From Glaucostegus cemiculus (taxonomy: Eukaryota): DNA of 64,000 bases. The position numbers and the translations under genes are program-made. A model generated the notes under the pieces. The model saw nothing but the letters and a program-made list of their open reading frames with translations. It was not told the DNA's origin and ran no database searches. The stretch covers positions 23,374,001-23,438,000 of the forward strand of contig CDPCPM010000106.1 of NCBI GenBank assembly GCA_976551045.1. The letters run 5' to 3'. Positions 1-12,999 of the stretch are shown piece after piece. Positions within the stretch are counted from its first letter, which is position 1, and every line of letters begins with the position of its first letter.

Positions 1-2669
1 TCAATCCAATTCACTTGCAAACCTGTTTAATAACCACTTGCTGTCACGTTACAACTGCAGCCAGGGAATATGTAGCAAGGAAGGACCGATTTCCAGAGAA
101 GAAAGCATGTTAGATTCTGTTGCATGTTTTGTTTATTTTCTTCTGAAGTGATCATGATAATAAGATTTCTGCATCTTAGAAATCACCTAGACTTTCTTTA
201 AAGTGTACAAGTTAACCTTTTGAAAATATTATTCAAATGCTACATGCTAAGTTAATGATTATTATTAGACTATTTTATATGTCATAATACATTTTTAGTC
301 CCTTTATAAACAGAAGCAGACAAATCATACAAACTGCCAGAACAATCTTTCTGAACCTATTAGAGAACGTCTTCATATTGAGTTGTTTCAAAAGATGCCC
401 CAACTTATTACTTTTAATGTTCTTTCAACACTGATTACCTCATTGCTCTTAAATCCAGTTTTAATAGATGTCCCATGTTATCAGCTATGATGTAGTTTTA
501 GATAAGAGAGATGATTTCTTATCTTAAAGCAAATTGTTTAGACATTTTGTTTTATGTTAATAAGATTTTACTGAAGATATTCAAAGCTTTAGACTCAGGA
601 GGTGGATGCCTATATAAACCAGTTTGACATTTCACATAGGACAGCATAAAGGTGTCACCCTCCATCAGATCACTGTCCTTGGGAGTAGGCTTTTTCTTTA
701 GTATAACTGAATTACTCTTGTCAGGATTTGTGACTTTGACTGTTTGTCCTACTTAAGACAGCAATACTCAAGTATCCTTTGGTGTTACTTCATTAAAATA
801 ATTGTCAAAGTTTTGTAATAAAGATATGAACATTTGGAATTGAACTTCTTTTTGATGCTCCCATGAGAAAGTGATCTTTTGTTATTGGCAGGCAATTTCT
901 CACAATTGCAATCAGAGTGAGTCTCCTACCTCATATAAAATTAAATACTGGTTACTAAGCATTGCATGGTATTGTCATACTTATTTTCAAAACCCATGAT
1001 CCTGTCTCTAAAAATGAAAAAAATGTTGTGAAAAGCTTCAATACCTGGGCTGGATCTGGGAGAATTCTTGCTTGCAGACAGGCATTCCATAGTTTGTCTA
1101 CCAGTTTCCAGTAAAGTTCAGATTTGATAAATTAATCATTTAATGATTAAGTGCTTCATTTGCAATATTGAATTGATCACCTTGAATATTGCTGGCTCTT
1201 TTAGCCTATTGACCCCACATAGACACTCCTTGATCAATGCCAGGTATTGCAGGGAAAATGCAAGGAGTGATTTCTTTTTAATATTTATGAAGTAGCCATT
1301 ATTTTCATTTCCATTAATTTTCTTTAAATTTTGAATAAAAATAAAGGTGACATATACATATAGGATAACAGATGGCCAGCAGTGATTTACAAAAGCAGTA
1401 ATTCAATAAAGTGGTTCTGATGACGCCATTAATGGTATGACTGAAGCTTAAGCAGACTTGGAAACATCAACAGAACGCCAAGCTTGAATTAATGCTTAAA
1501 ACTCACTGCCAGCTGTTTGTTATTCTTTATAATATGAAACCTATAATTTTATAATTATAAGTTTTGGCATTTTAAGCCTTTATGTGGGAAAAGGGATGAA
1601 TGCTGTAGAAAGTACTTGAAGAGAGTTAAAACAACCAACAATGATGACAATGACAATGAACTTGAAAGTATATCACACTGTAAGACTGTCACTGATGTAC
1701 AATTTCAAGTGTTTTTAGCACTAGTTCATTGCATAATTATTATCATGTTATATTATCAGTCTTTATGTTTTACTGACTCATGTTTGGCCATTGCTCAGCC
1801 CCTGTGTTCATTTATATTTTGTAGAGGGGAGGACTAGGCATTGGAAATTAGATTCTATTTTGCCTTGGTAAGTTTCCTTTGGCTTATAAAGTATTTTTAA
1901 GAATATTTACAAATGTCCAGGATATCAAAAAGATATCTGCTTTTAAAGCAAAAGCAATAGATCCCTAAAATGTTTGAGATGACACTAGTCTAAAGTATTA
2001 GACTGGTTTTATATTTACTTATATTTGTCTACATCTACTTTTGCAGGGTAGGTACAAATGAAAGTCTCAACAGCCAGTGGCACATCACAATTCAGCATAA
2101 AGTTTTTGTATATAGGGTGTATGGGGTAAAAAGGAACAGAATGAGCTAGAGTGTTAAATGTTTCAAGCAATTTTAGAACATGATATGAAAAAATTACAGT
2201 TTCAACCTTTACTGTAGAAAGTATTGTAAGAATTTAGATTTTTAGAGTTTAGTCTGGTTTACAGCAGTGATGGTTGTTTGAACCTTTGGTCTTCATTTTA
2301 TGGTTTTGCAATACTTAATGGCTATCCATGGTACATATTTTTCTTATTGATGAATGTTAGTGTATAGCTTACTGTTCATGCTTGCTTAATTCTTTGATGA
2401 TTCTGCTATTTGGAAACCTGTTATATGAATTTAAAGTAGCTCAAATAGTCACATTTTTCGATGGTTTGTGATGTACTAGGTACAAACCTTTAGGCTATAG
2501 CACCTCCAGATACAAAAGAATCTTCCAGAAGGTTAATAGGATGTTGGTCTTATCCTGAGACAGTGAAGTGCTGACTTCATGATCTCAGCCAGTCTAGAAA
2601 ATATTATGTGAAGCTTAGAAGATGAATTGTAGATTTTTCTTCACCAAACCATAGGCTCATATGATATGT

Positions 2670-3190
2670 AGCATACAGCACAGAAACAGGCCACCTTGTC
2701 CATGTCAACCTTGATGCCTATCTATGCTAATCCCATTTGCCTGCATTAGGCTTGTATTCCTCTATGCCTCTTCTATCCAGGTACTTGTCTAAATATCTTT
2801 TAAATGTTGTAATTGTATCAGCCTCCAGTGACAGCATGTTCCAGATATTTACCACTTTCTGTTTGGGGAAAAACTACCCCTTAGAACTCCTTAAAATTTT
2901 TCCCATCTCATTTTAAACCTGCACTCTCTAGTTCTAGACTCCTCTGCCCCTGGGGAAAAAGATTCTATGCCCTTCATAATTTTATAAACCTCTATAAGGT
3001 CACCCCTCAGCCTTCTATGCTTTAGTGAGAATAACCCCAGCCTACCTAATCCTTCTTTATAACTGTCGGCACTTCAGGGAGCTATGGACTTGCACCCCAA
3101 GGTCTCTGTTAACCGACACTCCTAAAGTCCCTGCCATTTACTCGGTATATCCTACCAGAATTTGATCTCCCAAAGTCTGATTTACTTTAT
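2670..3190 (-). mobile_element. CR1-clade LINE 3' fragment
   Basis: Reverse complement of 2975-3050 reads like RLGLFSL..RRLRGDLIEVYKIM; typical tail 'atacagcacagaaacaggcc' at the left end. Confidence 0.85.
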
Positions 3191-4469
3191 TCAGAAAATA
3201 TGCAAATATATATCATTGCAGTTACAGCACATATCATTCCATTTTCTTGCAAGATTTACAAATCATCAGCATGACACCTTTTTTCCCCCAAATACATCTC
3301 ATAAACAATGTACTGGTTTTCACACAGGCTTCAGTCCCCCAATGTGCAATGGCATAGTTCCTTGAACAAAGACCTTTCTCCATAGAGTTTTTGCAGCAGA
3401 TACACCAAGAGTTGTGCAAGCCACAGCATGTAGTACTACACCTTGGAAAGTACCCATCTGCAGCATTAATTTGTGGACAGAACATTGCACTGGAGCTTCA
3501 GACAGACCAAAATGTGTCTCTCACCATGTTCATAATCTTCCAGCATTTGATGTTTGTCTCAGTGTGCATCCTAAGGAACAGCTTGCATATGATGAACTTC
3601 AACAAAGACCACTGCATCTCTTTCCAATCCTTCTTGTCAAATATATATTCTCGAAGAAGAAGAATGTTCTCAATTTCACTGCAGCAATCTCAAGGGTAAA
3701 GTGGTGGATCAGAATCTTCTCTGGTTAAAAGGGTAAATTGTAAAATGTAAGACATAGCAATTATTATGCTTGAATTTGCCTTATTATCTGACTCCTGGGA
3801 AAAGGAGTTTGCCTACCACTTGATCCCCCAGTTATGTCACACTGTTCCCTCTGGAAAAAAATGGTTCTCTTTACAGTAATTGTCTGTATCGTGTTGGCTT
3901 AGAAATGAGCTACCATTTTTTTGTGGGCAGATGAAGACTTACCTTCCTGTACAAACAGGCATTATGAATCTAACCCTTGTGATCAGTGGAAAATTTCCCT
4001 GTAATCAGGGAAGACCTGTAGGCAGAATCACAATATGGAGAATATAATTTTGTGGACTTTCCATTTGCACAAATAGTCCAGTGTTAATCCTAGTCAGTTC
4101 CATAGCAAAGACAGGCAATGGATGATATAAAACCATGTCAGAGATATCTGCTGCTTGGTGCATAGTTTTTCAACTGAAAGATTTATGTTGAACAACAAGT
4201 CAACTTTCATGCAAGAAGTATATTAAAAGTTAAATCTTTTGCTCTCCCAAGATCACCAGTTGCTTATCCTTGAAATATACTGTTACTTTCCAGTGTGCTC
4301 TTGGATGAGTCTTTGGAATATCAGTGTGGCCCAGCACAGTGAAACACAGTGCAGGGCCTCTCCCAGTGTATGTGATTAACCAAAGGGTTTTGTCAGCTGC
4401 TGAGGTCTTTTCTTCAGGCTTTTGCATTTACAAATATTCAAATCACCTTAGCAGTATAAAAAATAAATC

Positions 4470-5230
4470 ATTAAAAACACACACAAATAGATTGTGCAGG
4501 GAATTAATATGGGAAAATGTGAAGTTATGAAAAGAAGAATCAGAGAACTATATTACTCAAATGGAGAGAGACCATGAAATGTTGAGGTGCAAAGGAATGC
4601 CAGAATCGTAGTGCATGAAAAGCAAAAAGTTATCATGCAAATAAAGCAAGTATTTGGGAAGGTGAATGGAAAATTGACCTTAATTACAAGGAATATGGTA
4701 CTGGTATTAGTTTATTATTGTCACTTGTACTGAGGTACAGTGAAAAGCTTGTCTTACAAACCAATCGTACAGGTCAATTCATTACACTGTGTGCAGTTAC
4801 ATAGCTAGTACAAAGTGCATTGAAGTAGTACAGTAAAAAGAGTAACAGTACAGTAAGGAATTTTTGATGCAGCTCCAGAATGCACCTGGAGTACTGTGTG
4901 CCGTTTTAGAATCATAAAGACATATAGCACAAAAATAGGCCTTTTGGGACCGTCAAGTGCCCATCTGTACTAATCCCAGTTACCAGCACTTTGTCCTGTT
5001 TCTTCTCGCAGAAGATTGACAACCTTTGCAGTTCTCCATCCCAGAATGTTGTGGACGCAGAGTCATTGAATGTTTTCGAGACTGAGAGCGGCACACACTT
5101 AAAGTACAAAAGAACCATGGAGTGTGGGGAGAGCAGGAAGGTGCTGTTGAGGCCAAGTGTTCATGATCTTATTGAATGGAGGAGCAGGCTCAAAGTGCTA
5201 ACTGGCCTTCTAATCCTCCCATTTCTGTGA
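4470..5230 (+). mobile_element. Old CR1 fragment interrupted by two younger opposite-strand inserts (about 4697-4855 and 4908-4990)
   Basis: CR1-like KCEV.., 'cacctggagtactgtgtg', and 3' tail 'attgaatggaggagcaggctc'; the first insert starts 'tttattattgtcacttgtactgaggtacagtgaaaagct' like 41575-41710. Confidence 0.7.
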
Positions 5231-5641
5231 TCAAAAAATAAAAATAATTATATCCATTTACGCTAACTGGATTAAATCAAGTAAAAAGATCTATTTACCA
5301 TTTGCCCTGTAGCTCCTTCTTCCCACTGATTTCTATGAGGCTTCTGAACCTACATTAGATTTAACCTGGTCACAGTTCAGTGAGCAGATTTCCAAATCTG
5401 GATGCAAAGAAGTGTGTGCTGGTTTGTTGGTCCCCGGTGCACCCACGTGTGCAATACAGGGGCAGCTGGCCATACAGGTGGCACAGTGGGAAATGCTCCT
5501 GCTAGCTTAAGCTAATGCTAGTTCTGGACTCTGGGACTTTTATGAAGAAACTTGGGTAACTATGATAAAAGTTCTGGTGACAAGCAGAAGATGTGCCCTA
5601 ATATGGTGATTCACAAAACAAATTGTCCAGAGTTATTCTAA

Positions 5642-5980
5642 TACATATTCTTAGAATTGATTCAAGTGCTGAACTGAATCTTTGGGTTGTTTATATTGCT
5701 GAACTCTGCTTGAAAACAGCAAATTTGCTTATCCGGTTATATAAAGAGAGTAGGAATTGCCTGCAGTAAGTCATTTTTTTAATCCTGGGGATTCATTCTG
5801 CTACAATGCACAAATGAATAAAATTTGTTAATTACTGCACAAACTCATGACATTGTGTGCACTTTAATCTGGGAAGAACACTGGTGCAGGCTTTTCTGGT
5901 GTGTGCTGTTGCAGTGAGCACCAGCTGCTTTTTTCCAAAACAACGCAGGGTGTGTTAAGCCATAGCCAGCTAGAACTGAT
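5642..5980. repeat. Unclassified diverged element, copy 1 of a direct pair
   Basis: Aligns co-linearly with 10086-10428 (40/45 and 50/60 identities in two hand-aligned blocks). Confidence 0.9.
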
Positions 5981-7149
5981 TAGGTACCTCCCACTACTTT
6001 CTTGTTTCTTTTAACATCCAAATCTCCATGCTTTCCTACAACCCCATTAACTCCAGTTCTTTTCCCCAGGAAAAGATATCCACCCAACTCTCTGCCTACT
6101 GGATGTTAAAGTTCCTCTTGGCATGAACTTTCCATGACACTGTGGATAATGTCGGCCTGGTGAATGTTTCTCTTTATTCAGCTTGCAGTGTTCTCATCCA
6201 CCACAGCCATTTACAATCTCTTATCTCTGCTGCTCGCTTTTAGTCCTTTTATTTTCTTCTCTAGTTCCTGAAGTCTAAATTTGCAGGCATGAGTACCTTT
6301 AGCAAATTTTGCTACCAGATTTACTTGGACTGTGCTAGGCATTGTTTTTTGTCTGTTTCTACATTCAATTACTACAAATATTCCAAGACCATGCCGGCTT
6401 AAAGGGACACTTGTAACCTCTTGATACTTCATTCACCCTAATCTCCAAAACCATGAGAGTAGGATCAATAATCAGTTGCCCATGCCTACTTCTCCCATGC
6501 AGCTGATCACAGAAGACCACCACCTACTATACTCTGTCACTCTGCATCTATCAACATACCTTTACCTGCTCATATTCATTTCTACAATGCAAGCTGCCTC
6601 TTGCTTCTTCTCCATTGGACTCTCTGCATATCATTGCCATGGCATTTGTCTTAGTCAAGACTGTAGGTATCACCCGCCTTTAAGTCAGAGAATCTTTGAT
6701 CTTTCTGTCTTTTCCCATTAACCTCCTATTGCTAACCTCACAACCGTCTTTTAGATGATTGACTGTAGTTTTACTTTCTAGTTTAAAGGCCATCTATGCC
6801 ATAAATCCTGGTCTGCTTCCTTTTAGTCTTGTTGGCTTGGTTTACTGCACCAGCACCATCCCTGCACATCTCCAGCCTTCTATCAAAGTCAGTAATAACA
6901 CGCTCTATAACTGTGACACTGGTGCTTTATTCCACCTTGATATCTTCAACTCTCCATGGCCCTTATCCTTGTGTGAGTTTTCCCCACCATCCTTTAGCTT
7001 AAGAGGAATGTTGTTACATGGTTCCACTCCTATTTATTCCAATGCAGCAAGTCGATCACCAACAATGGTTTTCACCTCTTCATTGCTTAGTCCGCAGTTC
7101 ACAATGATTTATCCTTCAGGGTTAAATCCAGTTAATGTTTTGTTCTCTG

Positions 7150-7340
7150 GTATCTTGGGGGAGTTGATGAGAATGTGGGGTGAATGAAATAAGTGGGATT
7201 AATGTAAGATTAGGGGAATCTGATGGTGCAGACTCAGTTGGCACAGTCCAAGTGGTCGAAGAGTCAAATTTGCTATATGTATTCATGTCTGCAAACTTTA
7301 GACTCACTGATGAGCCTGTTTTCAATGCTGTGCCTCTTAT
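7150..7340 (+). mobile_element. HE1-type SINE 3' fragment
   Basis: 'ggggagttgatgagaatgtgggg...gggattaatgtaagatt...cctgttttcaatgctgtg' matches the reverse complement of the SINE body/tail at 28700-28830. Confidence 0.55.
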
Positions 7341-7649
7341 AATTCTTATGGCATAATTACATTTCCCAATGAGGTAAAAAAATACCTTAATAAACACTGC
7401 TCTTTTGCAAAAGTAAGGAGCTAAAGCTTCACACAGGCAGGAAGTAGGGTACTGTACTCAAAGGAGAATTCTCTTTGGCTTTAAACTCTGTCAATCAGTT
7501 CAACAATGAATTCCCATCAAAGCAATGGAAATTGATATTTGAATGATAGAATAGAATCACAGAATTGTTACCGCACAGTTGGAGGAGCCATGGAGTCTGT
7601 GCCAGCTCCTAGCAAAACAATGATGTCAGTTCAATTGACCCACTACTTA

Positions 7650-8200
7650 TTATAATGGATGGAGGAAAGGAGGGATCACAGCTTACTAGACACACTGCAG
7701 TGCTAACCACACAAATGGAAGGGGTACTGGATAAGTGGTGCATATTTATTGGCATTCTTCCAACTTTCCAAAGCCTCTCTAGTACTACAGGGCACGCGTC
7801 AGGGGTATGATGCAATAATCCTATTGAGTGTAAAGGCATGCACAATAGTCAAGAATTTGACACCAGCCTGGATGGTCCATCTACTTGATCAGCATCTCAT
7901 TAACCTCCTTAAATATATTTTACCTCCATCCACTGGCAAGCTAGAGCAGCAATGTAAACTACCTGTAGAATGCACATCATCAAGATGTCAGATTTTCTGA
8001 CCCCACTTTCTAAATCCATCCATCGGAAAGACAAGGCAAGCTGTTCTGGGGAAGACCATTCTTCCCAAGCAGCTGTACACTGCTGTGATAATAACAATCC
8101 TTCATCACTGGATCAAAGTTCTGGATCTCCTTTCCCGAAAGACTTGAAGGAGCAGCTCCATCAAATGGACTGCAGCAATTAGGATTAGGTGGCGAACCCA
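7650..8200 (+). mobile_element. Degraded L2/CR1-group LINE 3' fragment
   Basis: Shares motifs (ccttcatcactggatcaaagttctggatctcc; ctgtagaatgcac) with 20720-21420 and 59930-60310. Confidence 0.55.
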
Positions 8201-10085
8201 AACATGGAATACTGTAGATGCTGTAAATCTGAAATTGATGCTTATTGCCCCTTTTCTGATTCTTTGAGTGCAAATGTTGGTAATAGCCTTTATTTCCAGA
8301 ACAGCCAGTAGGAAAATATCTCAGTTTTGCATGAAAAAAGATGTAATATTATCTGCAGGATAGTAGAACTCCAGACAATGGCAGTTCATAGGGTGACAGA
8401 GCACAGTGAACAGATTTTCAGTCATGAAGTCCAAGCTTTTTGAGTTGTGTGTTAACTTTCCTTCTCTGTATTCATGCCAGTAATGTCTTCAAGCAGCAGG
8501 ACATCAATTGGCAGAATCTTGTGGTTGCGGAAACCATGCCAAGTATTAAACAGATAGATCCTCCTATCAGTACAGTAACTGCATAATGTAAAAATTCACT
8601 TAATTCAATGGGTAAAGACAGAGTTTAGTATTATGTTGAGTCCTGTAGGTCAGTAAAATTAAGGGTTTGATCCTCGCACTGATTTAACTGATTTTAACTA
8701 AGGAGGTGATAGGAGGCTACGTTGAAACTTAATTACTGAGAGATAAAGTTGCTGAGAATTTTTTCTACATTCTTATCTAAAGATAAATACAGAGTTTTTG
8801 TGATGAAAAGGGAGAACAGAAAGAATTGAGAAAAAGTGGTTGAAGTTCATCTCTTGTTAGTAGCATTATATTCATAACAAAATAGCATTAAACCCATTTT
8901 TCTGGGCTAGATCTTGCTGGACACTACTCATACACAAAGTTGCTGCGCCCAGACTCCCTTTAGCGGCATTCACTTGGTCTGGATAGGGATGGCTGATATC
9001 TCTGATGCTCTGCACTTGAGAGTTGGGCAGCAAGGCATTGTGAGGCCTTGGGCAGTGAGCAGGCCTCGGGTGGTGTAATCTTGAGGCCATGCCCTGGAAC
9101 ATTCTGTAAGCCCTTGGTAAGAGACAAAACTGGGCACCGATCTTCACTTCCTAACAAGGATAAAATAAATATTTTAACATTTTAAAATTTCTCATATTTT
9201 AAAAATTCTTAAAGCTTTCACAAAAAAAATGAAAACTAAAAACTATATGATAAGTAATGGATAAATAACTTGCCTCCATTCCCCTATGTCCAGGCCAAGA
9301 ATCCAGCTTCAAATGAATGGAAACTGATTTTATGCCAGGTCTGACTTAATATAGGATCAGAGAGCCAAATTCCCCAGTATAATACTGCATATCCCCAGGA
9401 GGATGTGGACTCCTGCAAAAGAGGGCAGTGGCAGAAGCACTGGTATCTTTCGCTTAGAATGTCTTGGAGTTCAACATTGTGCCTTGCATGTACGAGACTA
9501 AGACCTGTTGGGATTTAAACAGCTGAATGTGCACAATTCCAATTGCAACGAGTGACTCCAGTCAGCAGTGTTCATCCCACAGTTCCTTTGCAGTCAATAG
9601 AAATAAATTTTAGAGTATTCCCAAACTTAATATAAATGCTATGTTTTCTACTTTACTAGATATTTTTACAAAGCTGGATTGTTTTTAGTTGAAAATAGAT
9701 TGGTCTTTATTGGAAGCATTAATATGAGTAAGACCTTGCACTTACGGTACCTTTCATGTTCTCAAAACAAAAGTACTCTTAAAGTGTATTCACTATGGAT
9801 AGTTAAATTTGACTACCAATTTATGCATAGCTTAACAGTCACAAATACCAACACAACGAATTCCTTGTTAAACTGGTCTGGTGGATGATGGATGAACCTG
9901 TTTTATCACCATTTTGTTTCATAAAAATACCTTGAAATGATTTCTGTCTACCAATAACCATGATCGCAGCACACAGCAATCTTTTATTACATTTAAGCGT
10001 CACATTTTCAAGTTGTATAAATAATATGAGGAATAAGGAATTTACAACTGCATGGACATCAAAATAACTGAATCAGTCTGCAAAG

Positions 10086-10428
10086 TACATGCTTTTTAAA
10101 ATTAATCATCCAGGGCTGAGCACATTCTGGGTTTGAGCTGCTAAGCCACATGTGATCTGGAAAACAGAGATGTTGTTCTTCCGGTTACATCAAGAGAGTA
10201 GGAATCGCCCGCAGTAATTCATTTTCAGGCTGAGGGACTCATTCCGCTACAATGTGCAAATGAGCAAAATTCATTAATTAGTGCACAAAATCAGCAATGT
10301 ATGTGCACTGTGTTTTGTAACTGCACCCATGCTGGCTTTTCAGGTGTGTGCTCTTAGAGTGAGCACCAGGTGTTTTTTTTCTTCTGCTGCAACATAATGC
10401 TTGTTAAACCACAGCAGTTGGAACTGAT
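10086..10428. repeat. Unclassified diverged element, copy 2 of a direct pair
   Basis: Co-linear match to 5642-5980; retains several CpGs that are TpG in copy 1. Confidence 0.9.
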
Positions 10429-11152
10429 GCTGCTGAAGACCTGTTTGTATTTTTGTAATATAATTTCAGGAAAATTATAGTGAGAAAAGAAGCTGACTAG
10501 TAGAAGCATGCAACAAAGCAAATTAAATTTGATGAGAATGCTTTATGTGAGATACTTTACAAAGCCCTTTATAGTTGTACATAAGTAGAAATTAGCACAT
10601 ACCAAGAAAATTCGTTATTTAGTTAAATTTACTAAATGAAGAGTTATATTTGGGAAGGGAAAAGAATTAAATAATACAGAAAGACTACTATAATCTATTG
10701 TGGCCATTTACTCTCTTTATTTTTCACCTTGCTCAAAGATGGGGTTTCATGTTGGGAGTGGTTGCAGAATTGCTGAGGGTTCTAAAATCTCATCTAAGTG
10801 GCAATGCTAATTGTAAATCACATTAGTGAGGGGTAGAAATTTGTCTGTTTTGGTACGCAGATTGGAATGCAGTGACTGGCCATTGTCTATTCTGGCTGAT
10901 CTTCATTTCCAATGACAGCAATAGAACTGAATATTGGTAGCAGAAAAATATGCAGTGATACAACTCACTCACTATCTGCTTATGCTCAAAATGACTTAGT
11001 ACTTTGTGAGTATCAGCAAACTACTGTAATTTGGAAGCTGGGGAAATCACTGTCATGTCTTATCCTGCCCTTGCCTGCTATTCATACATGCATTTTTATA
11101 AACAGATTACCAAACAGAAATATAGAGCAAGATTTGATTTGTTTTAAAGTCT

Positions 11153-11445
11153 TTAGAACATAGAACAGTACAGCACAGGAACAGGCCCTTCGGCCCACAA
11201 TATCTGCGCCGAACATGATGCCGAATTAATCTAGTTGTCTTCTGCCTGCACATGATCTATATCTCTCCATTCCCTGCTTAGTCATGTATCTATGTAACAG
11301 CCTCTTAAACGCCACGCTCATATCTGCTTCTACCACACCTCCAGCAGTCTATTTCAGGTACCTACCACCCTCTGTGTAAAAAAAACTTGCCCTACACATC
11401 TCCTTTAAACTTTTGCCCTTTTATCTTAAATGCATGTCCTTTCTA
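11153..11445 (-). mobile_element. CR1 LINE 3' end
   Basis: (tagaaca)2 terminal repeat followed by gtacagcacaggaacaggcccttcggcccac, the reverse complement of a CR1-type tail. Confidence 0.85.
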
Positions 11446-12999
11446 CCTCCTCTGCAGTATTAATTCCTGCTGGATTCTTCAGAGACACAGGAACAGGCAG
11501 AACAGGTTGTTCAGCCCCTTGAGTTTGTTCGTGGCTAATTTGTATCTTAATTTGATTCCCATCTTTGAACCAATTGATATTATTAAAATTCACATTTATT
11601 TCAAAATCCAATATAGGAAACACAGAATAGCCTTTCTATTTTCATTCAGTTTCAGTGACTTTTGTATTAACCATCATTAGTCCTCTGTTTAAAAAATCTT
11701 TCCATTTAAGGTATATCTTGCCTGAAAGTTTCCTGTGCCAGCAGGTCACTCTGCACAGACTGAACAAGCCATTAATACTGACAAAGCTGTTAGAGGAGAA
11801 ATGTTAACCAGAACAATCTCTGGGAAGGTGCACTGTACAAGCATGTCAAACAGTACAAAGTAATTACTTAAGATTACTTTTAATTCATTGAATATGTTCA
11901 GAGACATTCTACCTATAAAAAAATTAACTAGGAAGGTTTGAGATTCATGCTTTTCTTCGTGAAAAGTAGTACATGCATGTAAAATAGTTTGCCGAGGTAA
12001 TAATAATTGTGGACATCTGTTTTGTCAGGATTCAGTTTTATTGCTTCTGCTTTGATAAGATGCAGCATTCACTTTACAGTGACACTAGAAATGTTACTTT
12101 CCAATCATGTTATGGTGGGAGAAGTATACTCAAGTACACAGGTGGCAGTATAGCCCAACTCTACTTGAAGTTCAATGCGGAATATTGGATAATTCAAAAC
12201 TAGTCCTAATTGGCATTTTGTAATGTAATCCAAGTTCCAAAGGGAAATTGAAATGTCGTGGTTGATAGCCAGATGGCATTCCACATAGAAGGAGATACTG
12301 CAGAGGACATAAAAGCTACAGTCAAACATCAAGGTCATGCTGGCTTGCATAACATGGTCAAGCACATTTTGTGTCAATTACTTTGGGGCAAAACTTCCAT
12401 TTCTCTGAAATTGCTGGTAGCCTTGCTCTGTTTCAACATGGTACAACATTGGCAGCCCAGCATCCACCACTTTAGCATGGCTGACTACAGTGTAGGGCCT
12501 GCTGCATTCACAGGACCACTTTTACAGATGGTGAGTCTCTGTCCTCTAGACTCAGGGTCAAAACCGTCTGTGTTCAGAGCTCTTGAATGTTTGTGTGTTG
12601 ATTTGTGCTTGCTCCAAGTTTAATGCAGCATAGACTCAGCAGACAGGCTGGCAAGCTGGTTATTCGAGTTGACTCCACAAAATACTGTAAATGTTGAGGA
12701 ATTATTGCAACTTTGCACTCTGCTCACTGGACTCCATGAAACACAGAGAAAAATGCTGACATGGAACTGCTTGCAAGTCTGGGATTTTCATCTTATGTGT
12801 GGGAATTATGAATGTTACCATTAATGCAGGGAGCTGTTGGGATTTCTCCACAGAATTTGGGCCAATGTTTCTTTGTAACTTACTCCTTCCATCAACACTA
12901 CTTAGAATACTCCCTTCTTCTCAGGTGGTCAAGGATGATTTGCTGACATTTCACTTCTATGGGTTCTGAGTTGGATGAAGAGCCTTTGTAGGACTCACA

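Noticed and set aside
3190-3730. Overlapping 80-100 aa ORFs
   Set aside because: Probably a decayed TE, but no motif could be assigned with confidence.
5224-5240. tctgtgatcaaaaaa translates SVIKK, like the end of AP-2 exon 3
   Set aside because: Followed by taaaaa rather than a G|GT donor, lacks the preceding DQ, and is the end of a CR1 tail.
6000-7140. 142-aa ORF and neighbours
   Set aside because: Looks like the antisense of a decayed retroelement; no host-protein similarity or clear family.
12220-12820. Possible Tx1/L1-like 3' fragment
   Set aside because: Only weak motif resemblance; not supportable by eye.
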